DNA of 64,000 bases from an uncultured bacterium (GTDB lineage Bacteria > Oederibacteriota > PGYV01 > CAWJRG01). Positions 44,671 to 54,353 of this stretch are shown one piece after another. The number at the start of each line of letters is the position of its first letter. The first letter of the stretch is position 1. The position numbers and the translations under genes are program-made. Under the pieces are notes generated by a model. It did not search any database. It was not told where the DNA came from and saw only the letters and a list, made by a program, of their open reading frames with translations. Location of the stretch: the NCBI GenBank assembly GCA_963845185.1, contig CAWJRG010000009.1:416001-480000 (forward strand). Reading direction: 5' to 3'.

Positions 44671-46755
44671 ATGAAAAAGACACTATTATTTTTGCTTATT
44701 GCGGGAATGATTTCAGTAAGCTCGCTATACGCGTCTGAATATTATCTGTACGGGGAGGTGTTTGACGCGTCAGGCAGCTCAGGCACAGCGGCTACGTCAA
44801 ACAGCTTTGGCATGCTGCAGGCATACAGGCTTGGGATAGCCGGGCAGATAGGGCTGCAGAACGAGAACCCCGGGAACCAGATATACGCGGCAAACGGGAC
44901 GTTGCCGGCGTATTATGACACTGACGTTGGAGACGCGCAGTGGACAACGCCGCCGGCAGTGGGTCAGACAGCAATATCGGTCATAGAAGTTTTTAACCCG
45001 CTGTTCGGCTGGACAGGGGACAGCTACGTGGCATGCACGGAAACAGTCATATCAAGTGATGACGTGAATATCAACCAGGAAACAGATTTCAGCAACCTGG
45101 GACTCAGGGTAATACCGACTCCGGCGATAATATCGCAGGACGCAAACCAGATAACAATAGGATTCACAGGCATAGACATGGATTTAATACAGAGTTACAC
45201 GCTGTACAGGGGGACGACGCCTACGTTCACCACTGCTACGGCAACTGCAGTTGCGGTAATACCGCAGAACAGGAATAACGCGATACAGTACACGGACAAC
45301 ACCGGGCTGGTGTACGGGACAACATATTATTACAAGATATTGGTAGATTTCACGTGGGGCGGGGGAGGCGGGGCGCCTGCGTACTACGAGACAAACGCTA
45401 CTTCAGCGGCAAGCGGCCCTGCTGCAATAGCAACATATACCCCGACAGCAAGCGCCACATTGACGCCTACAGCCACATTATTAATATCAGAAACGCCGAC
45501 ATACACCGTGACAGAAACATTTATAGCGTCGGAGACTCCGACATACACTGTTACACCGACAGTGACGGAAGCAGTATCAGGAACTGCGACATCAACGGCC
45601 ACTGCTACAATGACAAATACCCCGGTTTCATCCTGCTGGGACAGCAATACCGTGCACCACTGGAATTGTTATACTACATCGGGCGGCGCGCTGGTGGACG
45701 ACATTGCAGGCGCAAACGCGTCAATAACAGGCACGCTGGCGTTCTCAAGCAGCATAGTCCCGCCGCACGCATGGGCAGTGGGAAGCTGCTCGCCGCAGCT
45801 GAGCGCGAGCAATTATTTTACAATGCCTTCTTCTGTAAACACAGAGCTGGCAGGCATGGGCGCGTTCCAGATAGACTTTGACGTGTACATGCAGGGCTCA
45901 ATAAACCAGTACCAGGGATTTTATTCAAAAGGTACGTATTATGACCCGGACAGGTTTGAAAGCGACATTGACACAAGCTCTGGCAACTGGAGATATTTCA
46001 TAACCAGCCAGGGCGGGCAGGTTACATCCGATGTGTGGGACGCGGGCACACAGGACAGCACGTGGCACCACGTTATAATAAGCTGGGACGGCACGTACTT
46101 CAACGGATACTGGGACGGGATACATTATATAGTAAATGTACCGTCAGGGAATCCGTTCCAGGCAACAGGGGATTTACCGTGGAACTGGGCTGTGGGAGAC
46201 TCGTCTTTCATAAACGGGACCCTGACATTCAAGGGATACATATCCGAGATAACCATATCAAATAAAGACAGGGGCGGAGTTGCTGACGCGCCGGTATGCG
46301 CGTACCCGACATTTACGGCGACTAAAATTACAATACCGACAGCGACAGATACGCCGGTAAATACAGCAACAAGCACGCCGGTGAATACGGCAACAGACAC
46401 GGTGACAGCAACCATAACGCCGACGTCAACCATAACAAGCACGTTCACGGAGACGCCTATGGTGACCGACACGCCTACGCCGCCTGTATCGGCCCAGCCG
46501 TACACTTACCCGCAGCCTGCTGCAAATACGGTAACATTCGCGTATAACCTTACGGCGCCGTCGAGCGTGAAAATATATGTGTACAACCTTATCGGCGTCC
46601 GGGTGGCTGTTTTTGAGCAGAGCGGCAGTCAGGGAATGAATTATCTGCATAACTGCGATATAAGCAAATTCGCGCCGGGGATATATTTTTACCTAATAAA
46701 GGCGCCTGACGCAGGCGTGAAGTTTGCAGTAAATAAATTTGAAGTGGAAAGGTAG
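44671..46755 (+). CDS. Secreted protein: novel N-domain, FN3-like domain, Thr/Pro linker, LamG-like domain, Thr/Pro linker, T9SS type-A/FlgD-like C-terminal domain
   Basis: Signal peptide; YTD.TGLVYGTTYYY FN3; WHHV..SWDG...FKGYISEI LamG; CTD YTYPQPA...V.IYVYNLIG.RV...APGIYFYLI. Confidence 0.8.
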   Translation: MKKTLLFLLIAGMISVSSLYASEYYLYGEVFDASGSSGTAATSNSFGMLQAYRLGIAGQIGLQNENPGNQIYAANGTLPAYYDTDVGDAQWTTPPAVGQTAISVIEVFNPLFGWTGDSYVACTETVISSDDVNINQETDFSNLGLRVIPTPAIISQDANQITIGFTGIDMDLIQSYTLYRGTTPTFTTATATAVAVIPQNRNNAIQYTDNTGLVYGTTYYYKILVDFTWGGGGGAPAYYETNATSAASGPAAIATYTPTASATLTPTATLLISETPTYTVTETFIASETPTYTVTPTVTEAVSGTATSTATATMTNTPVSSCWDSNTVHHWNCYTTSGGALVDDIAGANASITGTLAFSSSIVPPHAWAVGSCSPQLSASNYFTMPSSVNTELAGMGAFQIDFDVYMQGSINQYQGFYSKGTYYDPDRFESDIDTSSGNWRYFITSQGGQVTSDVWDAGTQDSTWHHVIISWDGTYFNGYWDGIHYIVNVPSGNPFQATGDLPWNWAVGDSSFINGTLTFKGYISEITISNKDRGGVADAPVCAYPTFTATKITIPTATDTPVNTATSTPVNTATDTVTATITPTSTITSTFTETPMVTDTPTPPVSAQPYTYPQPAANTVTFAYNLTAPSSVKIYVYNLIGVRVAVFEQSGSQGMNYLHNCDISKFAPGIYFYLIKAPDAGVKFAVNKFEVER

Positions 46756-46765
46756 GAGGCAGCCA

Positions 46766-48016
46766 ATGAAAAAAATATTAATCGCAATTGCAATGACGGT
46801 TCTCGCGGCAGCTTCCTCTTTTGCCGCGGTAAATGGCAGCGCTTCAATAATGTTCCCCATGCTTGACATGGGCGTGGGCGCAAGGGCGCTAGGGATGGGC
46901 GGGGCTTACACGGCCGTTGCCGACGACGCCAGCGCCATATACTGGAACGCGGCCGGGCTTGGGAACCTGAAGAACATGCAGCTGGGGCTTACGTACGACA
47001 AGTGGTTTATGGACACCTATTTCAGCCAGATATTGTTCGCATGCCCGCTTTCCCGGGGCACGATTGGCGCGGACATTATTTACCTGAATCTCGGCTCGCT
47101 GCAGGGCAGGGACATTTACGGCGCCCAGACGCAGAACATTTACCCTTATAACATGGGAGGGAGCCTGGCATACGGCATCAACCTGGGCGATATTTCGGCC
47201 GGGCTGACCCTGGAAATGATAAACCAGTCTTCCGGTACGTTTTCCAGCACAGGCATCGGCGGCAATGCAGGGATATTATACAGGACAGGCATCTTTTCCG
47301 CCGGGCTAAATATACAGAATATAGGCGGCATGAACGCAGGCATCGGATACACCCTGCCGATGAACATAAAAGCGGGCATTGCCGTGAAAATACTGGATAC
47401 AATTCAGAACAGCCTGCTTGCCGCGCTTGACACGCAGTATCTTTTTAATGACGCCGATTACCTGAGCGCGGGCGCGGAATATGTTTATGACCAGATGCTC
47501 GCAGTCAGGCTCGGGTACAAAATTGGGTTCGAGCAGACAGGCCTTGATGGCATGACAGGGATAAGCGGTGGCATAGGGTTAAAACTCGCGAATTTCAGCA
47601 TTGATTACGCCATAGTGCCGTACGGGGACCTTGGCACAACCCAGTGGATGATGCTGACATACACGTTCGGCAATCCGCCGGCAGTAAAGCCGGCAGAGAC
47701 AGCCGCGGTGGAAAAGGCACAGGAAACCGCAAAGGCTGCCACGGCCGGGAAAAAGGCCGACCTTGTCAGCGAAGGCATGGAGCTTGAAAAACAGGGCGAT
47801 ATAAAGGCGGCAATAAGCAAATACACGGAAGCAGTTACAGCCGACAAGACAAACGCAGATGCCTGGAAGCACCTCGCAGACGCGTATAAAACCATCGGCG
47901 ACAAAAAGAACGCTGTCGCGTGCTTCGAGGCATATTTGAAGCTCAACCCTTCGGACAAGAAAACAGCGGCGATGCTGAAAAAATACAAAAAACAAAAAGA
48001 ACAGCCCGCACAATAA
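46766..48016 (+). CDS. PorV/PorQ (UPF0164)-family outer-membrane barrel with C-terminal TPR
   Basis: GVGARALGMGGAYTAVADDASAIYWNAAGL motif, GAEY.Y...LAVRLGY, IDYA..PYGDLG.T; TPR tail; GGAGG RBS. Confidence 0.85.
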   Translation: MKKILIAIAMTVLAAASSFAAVNGSASIMFPMLDMGVGARALGMGGAYTAVADDASAIYWNAAGLGNLKNMQLGLTYDKWFMDTYFSQILFACPLSRGTIGADIIYLNLGSLQGRDIYGAQTQNIYPYNMGGSLAYGINLGDISAGLTLEMINQSSGTFSSTGIGGNAGILYRTGIFSAGLNIQNIGGMNAGIGYTLPMNIKAGIAVKILDTIQNSLLAALDTQYLFNDADYLSAGAEYVYDQMLAVRLGYKIGFEQTGLDGMTGISGGIGLKLANFSIDYAIVPYGDLGTTQWMMLTYTFGNPPAVKPAETAAVEKAQETAKAATAGKKADLVSEGMELEKQGDIKAAISKYTEAVTADKTNADAWKHLADAYKTIGDKKNAVACFEAYLKLNPSDKKTAAMLKKYKKQKEQPAQ

Positions 48017-48146
48017 TTCAACCGGCAGGGCGCCGTACCAAGAGCCTGCGCAAGGATAACAGCTGATTTCCCCGGGGGATTAATAACAAAATTATGTTTA
48101 AAAAAGTTTATAATTTCAAATTTTATTATTGTCTGCAAAAAATTTT

Positions 48147-48310
48147 CCCTCTCCCTCGACGGGAGAGGGTAGGGTGAGGGTGGAGATTTTAATGTTTTCT
48201 CCGCACCCCTCGCTCTGACTCTTGGGTAGAAAAGCATATTTTGTATTAATAAGATGAATTCTACCCGTTCAACATCCCGCTGGGATATTGAACTCCTCAA
48301 GGGGAGAGAG
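48147..48310. repeat. REP-like palindromic elements and hairpins
   Basis: CCCTCTCCC-tcgac-GGGAGAGGG-TAGGGTGAGGG, then a degenerate inverted copy interrupted by GGGTAGAA...TTCTACCC and GTTCAACATCCC...GGGATATTGAAC hairpins. Confidence 0.65.
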
Positions 48311-48368
48311 GAGGTTTGGTTTTGAAATTATGCGTAAATTAAAACAATAGCAAACAACAAACAAAGCA

Positions 48369-48397
48369 TTGAAAGTTTTGGGGAAAAGTTTTATAAT
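48369..48397 (+). promoter_or_regulatory. Sigma70 promoter of the glycosyltransferase cluster
   Basis: TTGAAA-17 nt-TATAAT. Confidence 0.6.
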
Positions 48398-48448
48398 CCA
48401 TCAATTTCCGGCATTAACCCTGAACCATAAAATTTACGGAGTATAATT

Positions 48449-50593
48449 TTGCCCAAAAACCAGGCCGTCGCTCAAAACAGCCCGAACCCGTTTATATTCA
48501 TGCTTTTCGCCCTCGCAAGCGGGATAACAGGCCAGTACTTTCTATATTTTAACAAACCCGCTGGCACAGGCATGTTTTTCCTTGTACTGGGAGTGATATT
48601 TTTTGTTTACGCTGACAGGAAAAACACTGCGGAAGCAGAGCCTGAAAAACCCAGCCTGAAGCTTGAAATGGCCCTGTTTTTCCTTATCCTCGCGCTGGCT
48701 GTATTTTTCCGGCTTTACAGGATAAACGAAATACCCCCGGGCCTGCATGATGACGAGGCCCAGTTCGGGCTTGACTCAACAGGCATAATGGAAGGCAATC
48801 TCCCAATATTCATACACAACGCGTCAATGTCCCTTTATGCAACTGCGTTTATATTTAAAGTTCTGGGCACAGGCGCGGCGCAGATAAGGATTACCTCGGC
48901 CATACTGGGCATACTTGCCGTACCTGCCCTTTATTTCTTCATCAGGCACGTTTTCGGCGCGAGGATGGCGCTTGCAGGCGCGTTCCTGCTGGCGGTCATG
49001 AGGTGGCACGTCAACTTCAGCAGGATAGGGTACCAGTCGGTATTTGCCGTATTTTTTTTCGTGATTATTTTTTATTTTTTTTACAGGGCTTACAGGTACG
49101 GGAAGCTGCCGGATTTCATGATCCTCGGCATTGCCACCGGCCTTTCCCAGTACACATACCAGGTAGTCAAGCTTATACCAGTGTGGTTTTGCCTGTTTGC
49201 CGTATATATTTTTTTCAGGGACAAGGATTTTTTCAGGAAAAACAAGGAAAACATAGTAATTGCGGCCCTCCTGGCCGTGATAGTTTTCCTGCCGCTGGGC
49301 GCATTCATGCTCAACCACCAGGAGGAATTCTTTGGAAGGCAGAATAAAGTCAGCATATTCAACAGGGACACATTCGACCAGTGGTTCCACGGAAGGACAC
49401 TGGCGCAGGTGGCAGTCAAAAACGTGACAGACACCCTGATGATATTCAACAAAAGGGGCGACTGGAACGGCAGGCATAATATCCCGTGGCAGCCGGAGCT
49501 TGATTTTTTCACGGGCGTTTTCGCGTTTCTGGGTTTCGGATGGGCGCTGTGCAGGCTTTTCAGGCCAATTCCGTTTTTCCTTGTCTCCATGTTTTTCATA
49601 TTCCTTCTGCCCGGTTTTCTTAGCATAGAGGCGCCGCAGAGCCTGAGGACAATCATGGTAATCCCGGCAGTGATTGTTTTTGCAGTCATTTTCATGCACA
49701 GGTTTTTCGCGGCAGCCAGGGCAGCCGGGGATTCAGGAATAATAAAAGGCATATCCCTCGGCTTATTCATAATATTTTTTGCCGCCATAGCGCGTAATAA
49801 CTACAACCTGTATTTTATAAAGCAGGCGGAAAACCCGAACTGCTGGCTGGCTTTTACCACGGACGCCTACAACCTGGCAAAATATTACAAATCCCTCGGC
49901 AGCGGCTGGAGGGCCATAGACTCTTTCCAGTCTGATTCGATAAACACCTTTAACTTTACATACGCAAAAAAAACCGGGAATTATTACGACTGGTTCAACA
50001 TGCAGGACGCGCCCCGGTCAATCCCGATAAAACCCAACGGCAAAATGAATTATGTTTATTTGCTAAACACTGACTATCTGCCGCTCGTTGACTCGGCGCT
50101 TAGAGTGCTTTACCCCGGCGGGAAATTCGTGCCGTTTTACAACAGGTACAGCGCAGGCAGCATGTACTGTTTTGCCTATGAGGTGCCGTACAGCGAGATA
50201 GAAAAGCTGGCTGCCAAAAAATACGAAAACGGGCTCATTATGCGCCATTTTAAGACGCAGGACTGGACAGGAGAGCCGGACTGGGTAAATACAGTGCCTG
50301 TTGCGCTGCTTGGAGTGTCGTACGGAGCGTTTTCATGCGACTGGAGCGGCAGGATAAAGATAGACAAAGCAGGCGATTACACTTTCACTGCCGCCTCAAA
50401 CGGGCATGCAGAGGCTAACATAGACAATAAAAACGTATATAAATTGCCAGGCTCAAAGATTTTTCTCGGCAAAGGCTTTCATGCGCTCAACATACGCTAT
50501 TCCCAGGACAGGGGTTTCGGCAGGATGGAACTGCGCTGGACCCCGCCCGGAGGCGTGAACGCGCTTGTGCCGTGCAATGTGCTTTACCCGTGA
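48449..50593 (+). CDS. GT-C (GT39/ArnT-PMT-like) glycosyltransferase fused to a C-terminal PA14 domain
   Basis: PPGLHDDEA acidic motif, many TMs, WHVNFSR, GLSQYTY; PA14 pattern FS..W.G.I.I...G.YTF...G.H.L.I.Y...L.W.PP...VP...L. Confidence 0.8.
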   Translation: MPKNQAVAQNSPNPFIFMLFALASGITGQYFLYFNKPAGTGMFFLVLGVIFFVYADRKNTAEAEPEKPSLKLEMALFFLILALAVFFRLYRINEIPPGLHDDEAQFGLDSTGIMEGNLPIFIHNASMSLYATAFIFKVLGTGAAQIRITSAILGILAVPALYFFIRHVFGARMALAGAFLLAVMRWHVNFSRIGYQSVFAVFFFVIIFYFFYRAYRYGKLPDFMILGIATGLSQYTYQVVKLIPVWFCLFAVYIFFRDKDFFRKNKENIVIAALLAVIVFLPLGAFMLNHQEEFFGRQNKVSIFNRDTFDQWFHGRTLAQVAVKNVTDTLMIFNKRGDWNGRHNIPWQPELDFFTGVFAFLGFGWALCRLFRPIPFFLVSMFFIFLLPGFLSIEAPQSLRTIMVIPAVIVFAVIFMHRFFAAARAAGDSGIIKGISLGLFIIFFAAIARNNYNLYFIKQAENPNCWLAFTTDAYNLAKYYKSLGSGWRAIDSFQSDSINTFNFTYAKKTGNYYDWFNMQDAPRSIPIKPNGKMNYVYLLNTDYLPLVDSALRVLYPGGKFVPFYNRYSAGSMYCFAYEVPYSEIEKLAAKKYENGLIMRHFKTQDWTGEPDWVNTVPVALLGVSYGAFSCDWSGRIKIDKAGDYTFTAASNGHAEANIDNKNVYKLPGSKIFLGKGFHALNIRYSQDRGFGRMELRWTPPGGVNALVPCNVLYP

Positions 50594-50597
50594 GCTT

Positions 50598-52898
50598 ATG
50601 CAAATACAGGCAGACGGTAAAACTGAATTGAATAAAATTGCATCAAAAATAATAAAACCCGGGCCTTTCAGCCTGACCCTGGTTTCCCTGATTATTGCCT
50701 TTTTTGGCCAGTACCAGATGTACGTGCTGAAAAAGACAATGCCGGGCATATTTTTATTCCTTGCCGCAATCATCATATTTATAATTGCCGACATTTTTGC
50801 AAAGGGCAGGCAGGATGTTTACGGCTTCCCGTGGAAAAAAAGCATGCCGGCCGCCCCGGGCATGAAAAGGAAAACAGAAATATTTTTCTTTATCCTTGTA
50901 ATGGCGGTATGCATTTTTTTCAGGTTTTATTCCATAGACACAGCGCCGCCCGGGCTCCACAGGGACGAGGGCAGGGCTGTTATAGACGCTTATGCCCTGT
51001 CGCACGGCCAGCAGCCCGAGGGAGGGGATTCGCAGATGCCTGTTTTTATCAACAGCTACCTCTGGGAAAACCCGGCTGTTTATTCTTACATCAACGGCTT
51101 TATATTCAGGATTACAGGGACGGGCATCACCCAGGCGCGGATTACCTCGGCGATTCTCGGAACACTTGCTGTAATAGCGTTTTATTTTTTGATAAGGTAT
51201 TTATTCGGGCCCGGGATGGCAATTGCAGGCGGGTTTCTCATGGCATTTATGAGGTACCACGCGACTTTCAGCCGCATGATTTACTGCGTCGGGTTTTCAA
51301 CGCTTTTTATGTTCATGCTGCTGTACTATTTATACAGGGTTTACAGGGAAAGGAAATTTTTTGACTTTATAATGGCCGGCCTGGTACTGGGCCTGTCCCA
51401 GTACACCTACAACGCGGTAAAATCCATACCTTTTGCCGTGCTTGCGGCAGGGCTCATAATCCTTGCCAGGGACAGGGATTTTTACAGGCAAAAAATATGG
51501 GATGTCATAGGCGCTGTTGCCGTCTGCGGGATAGTTTTGCTGCCGCTTGCCAATTACGTTATCCACGACTTCCACGGGTACATGGACAGGTCAAAACACC
51601 TGGGCATATACAGCCCGGAGAATCCAGCCGTTGCGCCGGCAAATAATATCAGGTCAAAGCTTAAGGCATACCTGGACAGCTGCGGCAGGGAATGGCTCAT
51701 GTTCAACGAGACCGGCGACAAGTTCATAATTTATAACGCGCCCTACATGCCCATGGCTGATTTTATTACAGGTGTTTTTGCGGTGCTGGGCTTCGGGTAC
51801 CTGCTTTACAGGGCGCTTGCCCTGTCGCCGTTCGCGCTCATGACGCTTTCAATGTTCTTTGTTTTCATGTTCTCTGTGGCTTTCTTCATGGACGCGCCGC
51901 ACGCGCCGCGCTCGATACTGACCCTGCCTTTCCCGGTAATTTTCAGCGTCGTGTTCCTGAGCAGGGCGCATTCGCACCTGAAAGAGCAGTGCGGCAAAAA
52001 AGCAGTGTTTTTTTTCACAATTGTTTTCAGCCTGCTGCTCGCGGCAGCCTGCGCGGAAAATTACGATAACATGTTCAACAAACATTTTAAAAATCCGGGC
52101 GCTGACTCGGCGTTTGACGTGGCTGAATACAAATCCGCCCATTATTTATTAAAGCTTGGCGACAGCTGGAACGGGGTGTTCCCGCAGGATTTCCTTGACC
52201 ACAGCTCGCCTTTTTACCAGTGGGTGGACATTGACGCGGTAATGCTGAAGGACAAAAAAATACAGTACGCGGCGCTTGTACCGGGCGTGAATTTCCCTGC
52301 GGAAACAGGCAGCGGGAAAAATACGGCATATTTGCTTACGCCCGATTACGAAACCCTGGTGCCGGTCCTGGAAAAAATGTACCCAAACGGGGTTTACAAA
52401 CAGTTTTACGGGCAAAATAAAAACCTATTATTTTTTTCATATGAAGTGCCTTTTGCGGACGCGGCGCTTTACAGCAAGACAAAAAAAGCAGCGGGATTTG
52501 CAGCTGATTATTACAGCAATATTTCCTTTACAGGCAGGCCAATATTAAGCGGTTTTGAACCAATTATACTTTACAGGTGGATACTTGAAAATCCCATGGC
52601 CAGCCAGGCAGGGTCAATAATGTGGCGCGGCAAAGTGGAGGCGGACGCGCAGGGCGTGTACACGATAACAGCCAGGAGCAGCGGTTATTTCAGGCTTGAA
52701 ATAGACAAAAAGAAGGTCCTTGAGTATGACGCGGCAAAACCGCAGAATACGGCTGCAATAAGGCTCGTAAAGGGCATTCACAGCGTGGCCCTATATTACA
52801 GGCCGTCAATAAGCGGCCGCAGCATCCAGCTTTTATGGATAAGGCCGGGGCAGAAAGAGCAGGAAATAGTCCCGGCTTTTGGGCTGGCGCTGGATTAA
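50598..52898 (+). CDS. GT-C (GT39-like) glycosyltransferase-PA14 fusion, paralog 2 (start uncertain)
   Basis: PPGLHRDEG, ARITSAILG, GLSQYTY; PA14 C-terminus. Confidence 0.8.
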   Translation: MQIQADGKTELNKIASKIIKPGPFSLTLVSLIIAFFGQYQMYVLKKTMPGIFLFLAAIIIFIIADIFAKGRQDVYGFPWKKSMPAAPGMKRKTEIFFFILVMAVCIFFRFYSIDTAPPGLHRDEGRAVIDAYALSHGQQPEGGDSQMPVFINSYLWENPAVYSYINGFIFRITGTGITQARITSAILGTLAVIAFYFLIRYLFGPGMAIAGGFLMAFMRYHATFSRMIYCVGFSTLFMFMLLYYLYRVYRERKFFDFIMAGLVLGLSQYTYNAVKSIPFAVLAAGLIILARDRDFYRQKIWDVIGAVAVCGIVLLPLANYVIHDFHGYMDRSKHLGIYSPENPAVAPANNIRSKLKAYLDSCGREWLMFNETGDKFIIYNAPYMPMADFITGVFAVLGFGYLLYRALALSPFALMTLSMFFVFMFSVAFFMDAPHAPRSILTLPFPVIFSVVFLSRAHSHLKEQCGKKAVFFFTIVFSLLLAAACAENYDNMFNKHFKNPGADSAFDVAEYKSAHYLLKLGDSWNGVFPQDFLDHSSPFYQWVDIDAVMLKDKKIQYAALVPGVNFPAETGSGKNTAYLLTPDYETLVPVLEKMYPNGVYKQFYGQNKNLLFFSYEVPFADAALYSKTKKAAGFAADYYSNISFTGRPILSGFEPIILYRWILENPMASQAGSIMWRGKVEADAQGVYTITARSSGYFRLEIDKKKVLEYDAAKPQNTAAIRLVKGIHSVALYYRPSISGRSIQLLWIRPGQKEQEIVPAFGLALD

Positions 52899-52904
52899 TT
52901 TTAC

Positions 52905-54278
52905 ATGGGAACAGGGAAAATGAAATTGGAAAAGGCAGGCGCAATAAAGCTTAAAGCCGGCAGGAAAGAAACCAGCGCAGGATTCGCGGCGCTGGCAGGC
53001 CTGATAGTCCTGCCTGTAGTGGCATGGCTTTTTTACTCAGGGCTTTTCGTGAACGGCAGGATAAATACCGGGGGGACAGAAACGAATTATTTCAAGGACC
53101 TTGCTGTTTCTTTCAGGCAGGGCAGGCTGGACATAGACAGGGCAAAGGGGCAAACAACCCTGGACCTGGTAAATTACAAGGGGAAATATTTCCTTTACTG
53201 GCCGCCAGTGCCGGCAATAGTTTACATGGCGTTTACTGCAGGAGGCAAAGGCACGCGGGACAGCGTAATAACAGCCTCGTTTGGTGCGCTTAATATTGCA
53301 CTTATTACAGCGGTTTTATTCCTGCTTTCAAAAAGGTACGCGCTGAAACTTTTTCCCGCTGAGATACTTTTCCTTACCGTGTTCTGGGCCTTCGGGACCG
53401 TGCATTTTTACATGTCCATGATGGGCTCGGTATGGTTTGTATCGCAAATCATGGCGCAGACCTTCCTTCTTGCGTCTGTTTTGCTTATGCTTTCAGGGGC
53501 ATTACCCGCGGGCCTGCTTTTATCGTCCTTATTTTATTCCGCTGCCGTGTACACAAGGGACGACCTTGTTTTTTCGATTTTTTTCCTGGCGGCCATATAT
53601 ATCAGGATATGCGGCAAAGAATGGAAAAAACACGCTGTAAGGGACGCGCTTATTTTTATCCTGCCTTTCGCGTGCTTTTCAGCCATGAACCTGGCATATA
53701 ACGGCGCGAGGTTTGACGGGAGGATATTTGACAACGGGCTGAATTACCACATCATGGACGTGTCTTTCCGCGGGAATTTTCAAAACCACAAATACATGTC
53801 GCTTTTTTATGTGCCTTATAATTTTTATTCCGAGGTATTAAAGCCCATGCCGTTGATTGCGAAGTTCCCGTTTTTTGCGTTTGACAGGGAGGGTTTCGGT
53901 TTTTTGTGGGCGTCGCCTCTTTTTTTCCTGCTTTTGCCGGCCGCCTGCTATTTTTGCACAGGGGTGAAACGCATATTGGCGAAAAAAACAAAAGCTGATG
54001 GCTTACTGGGCAGGGATGATATCCTGGCAATGTCAGGCGCGGCAATGTCAGGCGCAGGCACGGCATTTATAATATTCATGGTAATGGGCGCGGGCTGGGT
54101 GCAGTTTGCCTCGCGCTACAGCCTTGATTTCCAGTTTATGGCCCTGGTTTTCATGCTCTTTTTGGCGAAGATATGGAGGAATGGGTATTTTTACGCAATG
54201 GCCCTCGTTTTGCTGGCTTTTTCCGTATATATACAGTTCTGCGGGGTAAAATATTTTGTCCCGGGTATGGGCGGGTAA
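52905..54278 (+). CDS. Multi-pass membrane protein, probable GT-C superfamily
   Basis: LA.SF..GRLD, D...Y.GKY.LYWPP.PA, W...Q, YN.ARF, RY.LDF; about 10 TM. Confidence 0.6.
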   Translation: MGTGKMKLEKAGAIKLKAGRKETSAGFAALAGLIVLPVVAWLFYSGLFVNGRINTGGTETNYFKDLAVSFRQGRLDIDRAKGQTTLDLVNYKGKYFLYWPPVPAIVYMAFTAGGKGTRDSVITASFGALNIALITAVLFLLSKRYALKLFPAEILFLTVFWAFGTVHFYMSMMGSVWFVSQIMAQTFLLASVLLMLSGALPAGLLLSSLFYSAAVYTRDDLVFSIFFLAAIYIRICGKEWKKHAVRDALIFILPFACFSAMNLAYNGARFDGRIFDNGLNYHIMDVSFRGNFQNHKYMSLFYVPYNFYSEVLKPMPLIAKFPFFAFDREGFGFLWASPLFFLLLPAACYFCTGVKRILAKKTKADGLLGRDDILAMSGAAMSGAGTAFIIFMVMGAGWVQFASRYSLDFQFMALVFMLFLAKIWRNGYFYAMALVLLAFSVYIQFCGVKYFVPGMGG

Positions 54279-54291
54279 GGGGCAAAACCCC

Positions 54292-54320
54292 TTGACAACA
54301 GGCAGGCTTGCTGTTAAATT
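54292..54320 (+). promoter_or_regulatory. Sigma70-type promoter
   Basis: TTGACA-17 nt-TAAATT. Confidence 0.5.
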
Positions 54321-54353
54321 AACGAAAAGACAGTTAAAAAATAAGGAGAAAAC

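Noticed and set aside
47605..48300. 231-aa minus-strand ORF
   Set aside because: It overlaps the porV-like gene antisense and reads through the REP palindrome (PSPYPLPSRER), so it is probably spurious.
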